Assembly (NCBI GenBank): GCA_035696365.1
Contig: DASRQS010000046.1
Coordinates: 29,324 to 53,323, forward strand
DNA from: Gaiellales bacterium
Lineage (GTDB): Bacteria; Actinomycetota; Thermoleophilia; Gaiellales; JALYLC01
DNA length: 24,000 nt
Reading direction: 5' to 3'
The notes under the pieces were generated by a model, which saw only the letters and a list, made by a program, of their open reading frames with translations, ran no database searches and was not told where the DNA came from. Shown piece by piece: positions 1 to 7,613 of this stretch. The stretch's first letter is position 1. Every line of letters starts with the position of its first letter. Made by a program: the position numbers and the translations under genes.

Positions 1-357
1 CGGATCGCCGAGCGGGATCGCCGTGGCGCCCTCGGGGACGACGCCGTCGAGCCCGTCGTAGCGCTCGATGACCTCGTCCGCCCCCCGCCGGTGCCAGTGC
101 ACCGTGAGCACGACGCAGACGCGACGGCGCAGGCGACCGACGTCGCGGTCGAGCGCGCGCCAGAGGCGGTCGGCGTCCTCGGCGTCCTCGGGCACGACCG
201 GGTCGATCAGCAGGATCGCGCCCGGCAGCTCGCAGTAGATGCTGCCGACGTCGCGGATCCATCCGCCCGTGCTGCCGGCATGCGGCAGCCACTCCGGATG
301 CGGCGCCGTCCAGCGCCACAGTCCGGGCTCGATCTCCTGTACTCCGAGGCCCGTCAC
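1..357 (-). CDS. MBL-fold metallo-hydrolase-like protein, partial (C-terminus lies beyond the window start)
   Basis: It is absent from the ORF track because it runs off the edge. My minus-strand translation from GTG at 357 is VTGLGVQEIEPGLWRWTAPHPEWLPHAGSTGGWIRDVGSIYCELPGAILLIDPVVPEDAEDADRLWRALDRDVGRLRRRVCVVLTVHWHRRGADEVIERYDGLDGVVPEGATAIPLGDP. The frame stays open to position 1 and has G/C-rich third positions. The layout (PGLWRW..PHPEW..LLIDP..TVHWH.R) recalls an actinobacterial MBL-fold hydrolase subfamily, from memory. The start is uncertain: GTG 357 or in-frame TTG 393. Confidence 0.45.
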   Translation of the reverse strand, partial: MTGLGVQEIEPGLWRWTAPHPEWLPHAGSTGGWIRDVGSIYCELPGAILLIDPVVPEDAEDADRLWRALDRDVGRLRRRVCVVLTVHWHRRGADEVIERYDGLDGVVPEGATAIPLGDP

Positions 358-360
358 GGA

Positions 361-444
361 CTGCAGCAAACCCGTCAGACAGCCAGGTGTCAAGGAGCCT
401 GCACAGATCGGGGTCAGGCGCGCAATGTGCGTGCCTGACCCCGG
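361..444. repeat. Bipartite palindromic intergenic repeat, copy A (diverged module 1 plus well-preserved module 2 hairpin)
   Basis: Module 2 has arms cggggtcaggcgcgca (409-424) and tgcgtgcctgaccccg (428-443). These are 16-nt inverted arms with 1 mismatch and a 3-nt loop. The 15-mer cgtgcctgaccccgg (430-444) is identical to 11112-11126, and atcggggtc (407-415) is identical to 11090-11098. The upstream segment ctgcagcaaacccgtcagac (361-380) resembles gtgcacaaaccggggtcagac at 11047-11067. Confidence 0.6.
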
Positions 445-463
445 AGTGTGGAGCGCGCGAGGG

Positions 464-469
464 TAGGAT
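464..469 (+). promoter_or_regulatory. Candidate -10 hexamer TAGGAT, 7 nt upstream of the cupin ATG (leaderless-type geometry)
   Basis: TAGGAT at 464-469 is followed by 7 nt (cggcggc) and then ATG at 477. There is no convincing Shine-Dalgarno sequence at normal spacing. The same TAnnnT-plus-6-8-nt geometry recurs at several other starts in this window. Confidence 0.3.
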
Positions 470-476
470 CGGCGGC

Positions 477-839
477 ATGCGAATCGTGCAGCGGGGAGAA
501 GTCAGCGAGAGCTACGGCGGGCGCTTCACGGGCCGTGTGGAGCTCGAGATGTTGCAGCCTGCCGAGGCGGAGGGCCTCCCCGATGTGGCGCGGGTGCACT
601 TCTACGAGGGAGCGGTCACGAACTGGCACAGCCATCCCGGCGGGCAGCACCTCTACCTCCTCGAGGGCCTTGGGCGGGTGGGAATGCCGGACGCGGTGCA
701 CGAGCTCAAGCCGGGCGCCTACGTCGTGGCGCCCCCGGGCGAGCGCCACTACCACGGCGCGGCGAGGGGCTCGAATGCCGTCTGGCTCACGATCACCTGG
801 GGCGTGACTGCCTGGGAGGGCACGCCGGAAGGCGTATGA
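477..839 (+). CDS. Cupin domain protein
   Basis: This is the ORF 387..839 frame trimmed to the internal ATG at 477 (MRIVQRGEVSE...). Cupin motif 1 is GAVTNWHSHPGGQHLYLLEG and motif 2 is GAYVVAPPGERHYHGA. Its stop overlaps the next gene's ATG (ATGA at 836-839). Confidence 0.8.
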   Translation: MRIVQRGEVSESYGGRFTGRVELEMLQPAEAEGLPDVARVHFYEGAVTNWHSHPGGQHLYLLEGLGRVGMPDAVHELKPGAYVVAPPGERHYHGAARGSNAVWLTITWGVTAWEGTPEGV

Positions 840-2092
840 CGGCCGAGCTCGACACGGTCGTCGCGGGTGCCGGATTCGCCGGCCTGCGCGCGGCGCGCGA
901 TCTCGCCGCGGCGGGCCGCTCCGTGCTCGTCCTCGAGGCCAGGGATCGCCCCGGTGGCCGCACCTGGACTCGCCCGTTCGCGGGCTCCGGCCCGCTCGTG
1001 GAGATCGGCGGGTCGTGGTTCGCGCCCGAGCATGCGGAGGCGCAGGCCGAGCTCGCCCGCTACGGCCTCTCCACCCGCACCTACGGCGCCCCTTCCGCTG
1101 TGCGCTGGCGTACCGGAGGCGAGTTGCGCGCCGGGCTGCCCGTGCCCTTCTCGGAGCTGCGCGCGCTGGATGCGGCGCTCGTAGCGATCGCGGTCGACGC
1201 CGCCGCGCTCGAGGCCAAGACCCTCGGAGAGCGCGGTTCGCTCTCGTGCGCCGAGTATCTCCGCCAGATCGGGGCGCCGCCGGCGACGCGCGAGTTCCTC
1301 GCCGCCTGGTGGATCATGATCGGCGGCACCGATCCCGAGCACGGCGCCGTCGTCGATGCGCTCGGGGCGATCGCGGCGCACGGCGGTCCCACGGGCCTGC
1401 TCACGGCCCTCCGCCACGCGCCGGTCGAGGGCTGGAGCGCGCTGGCCGAGCGCATGGCGCAGGCGGTGGAGGTGCGTTACGGGGCGCAGGTCCGCTCGGC
1501 GCGCCAGGACGGCTCGCGCGTGGAGATCGGGCTGACGGACGGCACGCGCTTCCGCGCAGCCCGCGCCGTGCTCGCGCTGCCGGTCAACGCGCTGCCCGGC
1601 ATCGCCTTCGAGCCGGCCCTGCCCGTCGCGACCGCCGAGGCGCTCGGGACGAACGCCGGGCGCGCGCGCAAGGTCTGGCTGCGGGCGCGTGGCGTGCCGG
1701 AGGGCGTGCTCGCCGCGGGCGCGGGGGAGGGGCTGCACTGGCTCTACGCCGATCGCACGCTCGACGACGGCGACGTCCTGCTGATCGGCTTCGGCTACGA
1801 GGAACCAGCCTTCGATCCCGCTGACCATGCCCATGTCGAGCGCGCCTTGCGGGCGTTCTTCCCGGAAGCGGAGCTCGTCGCCTCCGACCACCACGACTGG
1901 ATCGCCGACCCCTTCTCGCTCGGCACCTGGGCGACCGCGACGGCCGGGCGCGCCGAGCTGCTCACGGCCGAGCGTTTCCCGCCGCACGGCCGGATCGCCT
2001 TCGCGACTTCGGACGTCGCAGCCCACGAGCCGGGCTGGATCGAGGGCGCGCTGTCGTCCGGTGCGGCCGCGGCGCGCTGGGCGCTCGCCTGA
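836..2092 (+). CDS. Flavin-containing amine oxidase family protein (putrescine/monoamine oxidase-like)
   Basis: 418 aa. The N-terminus has the dinucleotide-binding fold VVAGAGFAGLRAARDL..VLVLEARDRPGGR, followed by EIGGSWF, which is typical of flavin amine oxidases. It is translationally coupled to the cupin gene. Confidence 0.85.
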   Translation: MTAELDTVVAGAGFAGLRAARDLAAAGRSVLVLEARDRPGGRTWTRPFAGSGPLVEIGGSWFAPEHAEAQAELARYGLSTRTYGAPSAVRWRTGGELRAGLPVPFSELRALDAALVAIAVDAAALEAKTLGERGSLSCAEYLRQIGAPPATREFLAAWWIMIGGTDPEHGAVVDALGAIAAHGGPTGLLTALRHAPVEGWSALAERMAQAVEVRYGAQVRSARQDGSRVEIGLTDGTRFRAARAVLALPVNALPGIAFEPALPVATAEALGTNAGRARKVWLRARGVPEGVLAAGAGEGLHWLYADRTLDDGDVLLIGFGYEEPAFDPADHAHVERALRAFFPEAELVASDHHDWIADPFSLGTWATATAGRAELLTAERFPPHGRIAFATSDVAAHEPGWIEGALSSGAAAARWALA

Positions 2093-2115
2093 GCGAAACT
2101 GGGGCGCGCTTCTCC

Positions 2116-3231
2116 CTACGCCACGCGGTGGCGGGCGAGCTTCTCCTCGTCGATCTCGATGCCGAGCCCCGGCCCCATCGGGACGCGCACCAAGCCGTCG
2201 GCGAACTCGAAGCCCGACGCCAGCACGTCCAGCGCGTCGTGCGACTCCGCCACCGTGTACTCGCAGTAGGTGCCGCGCGGCATCGCAGCGACCATCTGCA
2301 GCGACGCGGCGATCAGGATCCCGGTCGAGAACGCGTGCGGCACGCACTCGCGGCCCAGCTCGAACGCGGCCTGGGCGATGCGCCTGCCCTGGCTGAAGCC
2401 GCCGCAGCGCGCGAGATCGGGTTGCACGACGTCGAGCCCGCCGCGCACCATCCAGTCGCGGAACGACCAGATGGTCGCCTCGTGCTCGGCCGCTGCGATC
2501 TTCAGGGGGCTCTGCTCGCAGAGACGACGGTAACCGTCGATGTCCTCGACCGAGAGCGGCTCCTCGAGCCAGTAGAGGTCGTACTCCGCGAGGCGGCGCG
2601 ACATCTCGAGCGCGTGCTTGAACTGCCACCGTCGGCCGATGTCGATCATGACGTCGACATCGGGACCGGCCGCCGCGCGGGCCGCGTCCACGAGCTCGAC
2701 GTCGCGCCGCGCATCGAGCCCGAGCGGCCCCCAGCCCAGCTTGAGCGCCCGGTGCCCGCGGTCGACCTGCGTCGTGACGTGCCGCCGGACCTCGTCGGGG
2801 GTCTCCGGCATGAGGGCGCTCGCGTAGACGCGAACGCGATCGCGGAAGCAGCCGCCGAGCAACCGGTGCACGGGCTGCCCGAGGGCGCGGCCGACGAGGT
2901 CGTGCAGCGCGATGTCGATGGCCGAGATCGTGTGGATGGCGGCTGAGCGCGTGCCGGCATGCGCGGTCGTCTCGTAGAGGTCGAGCCAGATCGGCTCGAT
3001 GTCGAACGGATCGCGGCCGAGCAGCGTCTCGCGCATCCCCACGAGCATGGAGTGCGACGCCGGCATGTCGATGAAGGCCGCTGCCACGGAGGGAGAGGTG
3101 TCGGCCTCGCCGTAGCCGCTGACGCCCTCGTCGGTGTCGATGCGCACGATGAAGGCATCCTGCGTGCCGTCGGCACGCAGCTCGATCTCGGGCAGGCGCA
3201 GACTGATCGTCTCGACGTTGGTGATGCGCAT
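2116..3231 (-). CDS. Enolase-superfamily enzyme (mandelate racemase/muconate lactonizing enzyme family, acid-sugar dehydratase-like)
   Basis: This is the ORF 2116..3270 frame. The likely true start is the ATG at 3231 (MRITNVETISLRLP...), as is usual for this family. Metal-ligand contexts are VMIDIG, YWLEEP and AAAEHE, and the family-typical IDIALHDLVG is present. The start (3231, 3246 or 3270) is not resolved. Confidence 0.85.
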   Translation of the reverse strand: MRITNVETISLRLPEIELRADGTQDAFIVRIDTDEGVSGYGEADTSPSVAAAFIDMPASHSMLVGMRETLLGRDPFDIEPIWLDLYETTAHAGTRSAAIHTISAIDIALHDLVGRALGQPVHRLLGGCFRDRVRVYASALMPETPDEVRRHVTTQVDRGHRALKLGWGPLGLDARRDVELVDAARAAAGPDVDVMIDIGRRWQFKHALEMSRRLAEYDLYWLEEPLSVEDIDGYRRLCEQSPLKIAAAEHEATIWSFRDWMVRGGLDVVQPDLARCGGFSQGRRIAQAAFELGRECVPHAFSTGILIAASLQMVAAMPRGTYCEYTVAESHDALDVLASGFEFADGLVRVPMGPGLGIEIDEEKLARHRVA

Positions 3232-3362
3232 CTCGGCGCGGATCATGCACGCGCACACCGGCCGGGGCAACCGGCGTCAACTTGACGGGCGCCTTCGCTT
3301 TAGGATTCACTCCCCCTCAGTCGCGGCGAAGGACGGCGCGGCGCACCCCCGCTCGGCACTGA

Positions 3363-4682
3363 ATGCATCCACGCGAACACCGCCTCACCCGGCGCAATCT
3401 TGTGCGCGGCGCCATCGGCGCTGGCGCCGCGGTGGGCGTGGCCGGCGTGGCCGCCGGGTGTGCGAACACGACCACCGCCGTCGGCGCAGGCGAGGCCGGC
3501 GGCGTCAGCCCCGCGGTCAAGAAGTTCGTCGTTCCGAGGCCGACAGGCCCGGACGGCCTGCCCCTACCGCGTCCCGACTACAGCGTCACCTGGGCGATCA
3601 CGGACGACAACCCGCCGATCAAGGACGGGCTCAAGCCCGAGGGTGGCACGCTCAACGTCTACAACTACGCCGACTACCTCTGGCCCGGCCTCGTCAAGCG
3701 CTTCGAGAAGCAGTTCAACTGCTCGGTCAAGATCGCCACCTACAACTCGGCGGACGAGGCGACTGCGAAGCTCTCGGCCGGCACGGTCGGCTTCGACGTC
3801 GTGATCGGCCTGAGCGCCAACAACATGGTGACCCTGATCGCGCAGCAGCTGATGCTGCCGCTCAATCACAGCTACCTGCCCAACCTGGCCAAGAACATCT
3901 GGCCGCAGCTGCAGGATCCCTTCTACGACCGGCAGGCGCGCTACAGCGTTCCCTACGTCGTCTGGCTCGACGGCATCGGCTGGCGCAACGACAAGATCGG
4001 CAGGGACATCGCCGGCATGAAGGTGCCGTGGGACATCTTCTGGCAGTCGAAGCCCTGGACCGGCAAGGTCGGGATCCTGGATGACCAGCGCGACGCGCTC
4101 TCTATGCCGATGCAGCGCGACGCGATGCGCAAGGGCGTGATCCCCGATCTCAACACCGAGGACCCGAAGATCATCGCCAAGGCCGAGCGCGATCTCTCGC
4201 AGCTCACGAGCATCAGCAACGTGAAGGTCGACATCACTGACTACCAGACGCTGCCCGAGGCCAAGTCCTGGCTGCACCAGGCCTGGTCGGGGGACATGCT
4301 CGCCGCGGTTCTCTACTACCTGCCCAAGGGCACGAGGCCGGGCGTCATCTCGTTCTGGGGGCCCGACCAGGGCGGAGTCGTGCAGAACGATCTGCTCTGG
4401 GTGGTCGCGAAGTCCAAGAAGCAGGTGCTCGCGCACGAGTTCCTGAACTTCATGCTCGACCCGAAGAACGCCTACGACAACTTCGTGCAGTTCAACGGCT
4501 ACACGCCGCCGCAGAACACGATCGACGCCGATTCCCTGGTCAAGAAGGGCCTGATCCCCAAGAGCATCGCGGGGGCCGTCCTGCGACCGGACCAGTTCGC
4601 GAACAACCAGGAGCTGCTCGCGCTCAGCGTCGAGGGCTCCAAGCTGTGGCAGGACGCCTGGGCCAAGTTCAAGGCCGGCTGA
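3363..4682 (+). CDS. Polyamine (spermidine/putrescine) ABC transporter substrate-binding lipoprotein, PotD/PotF family
   Basis: 439 aa. The N-terminus MHPREHRLTRRNLVRGAIGAGAAVGVAGVAAGC carries a twin-arginine motif and a lipobox Cys. The body (LNVYNYADYLWPGLVKRFEKQFNCSVKIATYNSADEATAKL...LPN) matches the PotD/PotF layout. It is followed directly by two permease genes and an ATPase gene. Confidence 0.85.
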   Translation: MHPREHRLTRRNLVRGAIGAGAAVGVAGVAAGCANTTTAVGAGEAGGVSPAVKKFVVPRPTGPDGLPLPRPDYSVTWAITDDNPPIKDGLKPEGGTLNVYNYADYLWPGLVKRFEKQFNCSVKIATYNSADEATAKLSAGTVGFDVVIGLSANNMVTLIAQQLMLPLNHSYLPNLAKNIWPQLQDPFYDRQARYSVPYVVWLDGIGWRNDKIGRDIAGMKVPWDIFWQSKPWTGKVGILDDQRDALSMPMQRDAMRKGVIPDLNTEDPKIIAKAERDLSQLTSISNVKVDITDYQTLPEAKSWLHQAWSGDMLAAVLYYLPKGTRPGVISFWGPDQGGVVQNDLLWVVAKSKKQVLAHEFLNFMLDPKNAYDNFVQFNGYTPPQNTIDADSLVKKGLIPKSIAGAVLRPDQFANNQELLALSVEGSKLWQDAWAKFKAG

Positions 4683-5597
4683 GTGGAATCCCGCTGGATC
4701 TGGCGCGTGCTCGCCGCCCCAGGCGTCGTCTGGCTCTCGCTCTTCTTCCTCGTCGCCATGTACGCGGTGCTGTGCGTCGCGCTCGGCAACCAGGACACGC
4801 TCAACCAGCCCATCCCGTTCTGGAGTCCGCTCGACTGGAACGTCGGCTACCTGCTCGACACGCTCAAGGACTTCTGGAACCGGGGGCCGTTCTTCACGGT
4901 CTTCGTGCGCACCGTGGCATTCGTGATCGTGGCGATGGGCCTCTCGCTCCTGGTCGGCTATCCGGTGGCCTACTACGCGGCACGTCACGCCGGGCGCTGG
5001 CGCGGGCTCGTGCTGCTGCTGCTCGTGCTGCCGTTCTGGATCAACTACCTGATGCGCATGCTGGCCTGGATCAACCTGCTGTCGCCGGACGGCTGGGGCA
5101 CGCGCTTCCTGCACGACGTCGGGATCGAGGCGCTGTTCGAGAAGCTGGGTCTGCTCAGCCAGGACGGGGGCTGGCTCAACGGGCAATCCTCGTCGGTCGT
5201 GATCGCCCTGGTCTACGGCTACATCCCGTTCCTGATCCTGCCGCTCTACGCAGCTCTCGATCGCATCGATCAGCGCCACATCGAGGCGGCGCGCGATCTG
5301 GGCGCGAGCCCGTTCGCGGCCTTCCGGCGGGTCACGCTGCCGCTGTCGACCCCCGGCATCCTCGCGGGCACCGTGCTGATCGCGCTGCCGATGTTCGGCG
5401 ACTACTACACGCAGGACCTGATCTCGGCTTCGCCGCGCACCAACATGATCGGCAACCAGATCGACGAGTTCGCACGGCAGGGCTCGCAGAAGACGGTGGG
5501 CGCGGTGCTGACGATGCTGCTCGCGCTCGTGCTGCTGGGGCTGATGTTCTACTACCTACGCACGACCCGCCGGGCCGACCTCGAGCGGGCGCGCTGA
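4683..5597 (+). CDS. potB: ABC transporter permease, PotB-like
   Basis: 304 aa and multi-pass hydrophobic. The GTG start immediately follows the TGA of the binding-protein gene. The EAA-loop region is IEAARDLGASPFAAFRRVTLPL. Confidence 0.8.
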   Translation: MESRWIWRVLAAPGVVWLSLFFLVAMYAVLCVALGNQDTLNQPIPFWSPLDWNVGYLLDTLKDFWNRGPFFTVFVRTVAFVIVAMGLSLLVGYPVAYYAARHAGRWRGLVLLLLVLPFWINYLMRMLAWINLLSPDGWGTRFLHDVGIEALFEKLGLLSQDGGWLNGQSSSVVIALVYGYIPFLILPLYAALDRIDQRHIEAARDLGASPFAAFRRVTLPLSTPGILAGTVLIALPMFGDYYTQDLISASPRTNMIGNQIDEFARQGSQKTVGAVLTMLLALVLLGLMFYYLRTTRRADLERAR

Positions 5598-6457
5598 TGG
5601 TCAGCTGGCTGCGCAATCCCTGGGGCCGACCGCGCTTCCTGCCGCTGGTCGTGGCGATCTACGTCATCTGGTCCGTCGTGCCCGTCGCGATCGCGATCCT
5701 GTTCGCGTTCAATGCCGGGCGTTCCCGCACGACCTGGCAGGGCTTCTCGCTCCGCTGGTTCTGGACCGATCCGAACCTCAGCGTGTTCCACGACCAGGCT
5801 CTGCAATCGGCGCTCAAGCACACGCTCATCCTGGCCCTCATCTCGGTCCTCATCGCGACGCCGCTCGGTGTCACGCTGGCCCTGGGCCTGCAGCGCTGGC
5901 GGGGCCGGGGCAGCGGCACCGTCAACGTGCTCATGCTGCTGCCGCTCGTGACACCCGAGATCGTGATGGGCGTCGCCCTGCTGCTGCTGTTCCTACAGAT
6001 CTTCAACCAGATCGGCCTGGGCACCACGGCCCAGGCGATCGGGCAGATCACGTTCTCGCTGTCCTACGTCGTCGTCATGGTGCGCGGCCGCCTGGTCTCC
6101 ATCGGGCCGGAGTACGAGGAGGCCGCGGCCGATCTCGGTGCGCCGCCCACCGACGTGCTCTACCGTGTGCTGCTGCCGCTGCTCGCCCCGGCCATCCTGG
6201 CCAGCGCGGCGGTGGTATTCGCGCTCTCGATCGACGACTTCGTCGTCACGCAGTACCTCTCCGGCGATGCGAGCACGACCACCGTGTCGATGCTGCTGTA
6301 CGCCTCGGCCCGCGGAGCGCCCACCCCGGCGCTCAATGCACTCGCGACGATCTCACTGGTCATCACGCTGGGAACGCTCGCGCTCGTATTCGTCGTCTAC
6401 CGGCGCTTGGCCGGCGCCGAAGGCGCCGAGGCTGTCGCCGCCGGCCTGGAGGTCTAG
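5597..6457 (+). CDS. potC: ABC transporter permease, PotC-like
   Basis: This is the in-frame C-terminal part of track ORF 4646..6457, starting at ATG 5597 (MVSWLRNPWGRPRFLPLVVAIYVIW...). It overlaps the potB stop by 1 nt (TGATG). The EAA loop is YEEAAADLGAPPTDVLYRVLLPL. Confidence 0.8.
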   Translation: MVSWLRNPWGRPRFLPLVVAIYVIWSVVPVAIAILFAFNAGRSRTTWQGFSLRWFWTDPNLSVFHDQALQSALKHTLILALISVLIATPLGVTLALGLQRWRGRGSGTVNVLMLLPLVTPEIVMGVALLLLFLQIFNQIGLGTTAQAIGQITFSLSYVVVMVRGRLVSIGPEYEEAAADLGAPPTDVLYRVLLPLLAPAILASAAVVFALSIDDFVVTQYLSGDASTTTVSMLLYASARGAPTPALNALATISLVITLGTLALVFVVYRRLAGAEGAEAVAAGLEV

Positions 6458-6460
6458 CCG

Positions 6461-7591
6461 ATGCAGGGCGAAATCCGGCTCGAGGGGCTCGTCAAACGGT
6501 TCGGCGCCGATGTCGTGGCCGTCGACGGCATCGACCTCGACATGCCTCCGGGCGAGTTCTTCACGATGGTCGGCCCGTCGGGTTGCGGCAAGACAACGAC
6601 GCTGCGCATGATCGCCGGCTTCGAGCGCCCGACGAGCGGGCGGATCCTGCTCGACGGCGAGGACGTCGCGCAGACGCCGCCCCACCGGCGCAACGTGAAC
6701 ACGGTGTTCCAGAGCTACGCCCTCTTCCCGCACCTCAACGTGGCCGACAACGTCGCCTTCGGCCTCAAGTACAAGAAGGTCACGAAGTCGGAGCGCGGGA
6801 AGGCGGTCGCCGAGGCGCTCTCGCTCGTGCAGCTCACCGGCTTCGAGCGGCGCAAGCCCGGGCAGCTCTCGGGTGGTCAGCAGCAGCGTGTCGCGCTGGC
6901 GCGCGCGCTCGTCCTGCGCCCGCGCGTGCTGCTGCTGGACGAGCCGCTCGGCGCGCTCGACGCCCGCCTGCGCAAGGACCTGCAGGTCGAGCTCAAGGCG
7001 CTGCAGGAGACGCTCGGCATCACGTTCGTGTTCGTCACGCACGACCAGGAAGAGGCGCTCACGATGAGCGATCGGGTCGCCGTCATGAACGGCGGCCGGG
7101 TGGAGCAGAGCGGACCGCCGCAGGTCATCTACGAGGAGCCGGCGACGCTCTTCGTGGCCGACTTCCTCGGCGTCTCCAACCTGGTGCCCGCCGAGGCTTC
7201 GGGACGTGACGGCACGGCCTGCATGCTGAGAGTGGGCGACGTACCGATGCGCGCCGTGCAGGGCGCCGTCGACGCTCGCGGATCCGTCAAGGCGATGATC
7301 CGGCCCGAGCGCGTGCGCATCGAGGATCACGGTACGCCGGGCGACAATCGCCTCCCCGGCCTGGTCGAGCACGTCGTCTTCCTCGGCAGCTTCCGCGAGG
7401 TGCGCGTCCGGCTCCTGGGCGGTGCGCTCGTGACGGCGGTGCAGCCGAACGACGGGACGGAATCGGTGCACGAGCAGGGCTCGGCCGTCTCCGTGCACCT
7501 GCCGGCGGAGTCGCTGCGCGTCCTGCCCGACGCCCCCGAGCCGCTGGTCGAGGATCCGCAGACCGCGGAGACCGAGACGCCCGCGTCCTGA
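6461..7591 (+). CDS. potA: Polyamine ABC transporter ATP-binding protein, PotA-like
   Basis: 376 aa with Walker A GPSGCGKTT, Q-loop FQSYALFPH, signature LSGGQQQRVALARAL, Walker B LLLDEPLGALD and H-loop VTHDQEEA. A C-terminal TOBE-like regulatory region follows. Confidence 0.9.
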   Translation: MQGEIRLEGLVKRFGADVVAVDGIDLDMPPGEFFTMVGPSGCGKTTTLRMIAGFERPTSGRILLDGEDVAQTPPHRRNVNTVFQSYALFPHLNVADNVAFGLKYKKVTKSERGKAVAEALSLVQLTGFERRKPGQLSGGQQQRVALARALVLRPRVLLLDEPLGALDARLRKDLQVELKALQETLGITFVFVTHDQEEALTMSDRVAVMNGGRVEQSGPPQVIYEEPATLFVADFLGVSNLVPAEASGRDGTACMLRVGDVPMRAVQGAVDARGSVKAMIRPERVRIEDHGTPGDNRLPGLVEHVVFLGSFREVRVRLLGGALVTAVQPNDGTESVHEQGSAVSVHLPAESLRVLPDAPEPLVEDPQTAETETPAS

Positions 7592-7594
7592 GCT

Positions 7595-7613
7595 GCCGGC
7601 GTCAGACGCCGGC
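7595..7613. terminator. GC-rich hairpin between convergent potA and queF-like genes (possible bidirectional terminator)
   Basis: gccggcg (7595-7601) pairs with cgccggc (7607-7613), giving a perfect 7-bp stem with loop tcaga. It starts 4 nt after the potA TGA and overlaps the last codons and stop of the minus-strand gene. There is no U-tract. Confidence 0.4.

Noticed and set aside
3241-3300. Weak resemblance of atgcacgcgcacaccggccggggcaaccgg to repeat module 1 (gtgcacaaaccggggtcagacccgg)
   Set aside because: Only scattered identities are present, with no GTCAGAC core and no convincing inverted arm. The region also overlaps possible start codons of the enolase-superfamily gene.
3282-3306. TTGACG (3282-3287) and TAGGAT (3301-3306) as a sigma-70-type promoter for the PotD-like operon
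   Set aside because: The hexamers look good individually but are only 13 nt apart, far from the usual ~17 nt spacing. TAGGAT alone may still be a -10 element, but I cannot support a promoter call.
749-3310. 853-aa minus-strand ORF, one of the longest in the track
   Set aside because: Its translation is an Arg/Ala/Gly/Pro-rich low-complexity string with no motifs. It runs antisense to the well-supported amine oxidase gene and out of frame through the enolase-superfamily gene. This is a typical stop-codon-poor shadow frame of high-GC DNA.
3564-5279. 571-aa minus-strand ORF antisense to the PotD-like and PotB-like genes. The same class includes 6353-7498, 8309-9994, 10172-11983, 12595-14673, 14045-15781, 15603-16949, 17004-18269, 18332-19345, 18867-20162 and 22511-23863.
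   Set aside because: All lie opposite genes with clear family motifs. They have Arg/Asp/Gly/Pro-heavy, motif-free translations and lack the third-position G/C bias pattern of the sense frames.
4646-5596. N-terminal 317 codons of track ORF 4646..6457
   Set aside because: This part is out of frame with, and fully overlaps, the PotB-like permease. The recognisable PotC-like protein begins at ATG 5597, which overlaps the potB stop.
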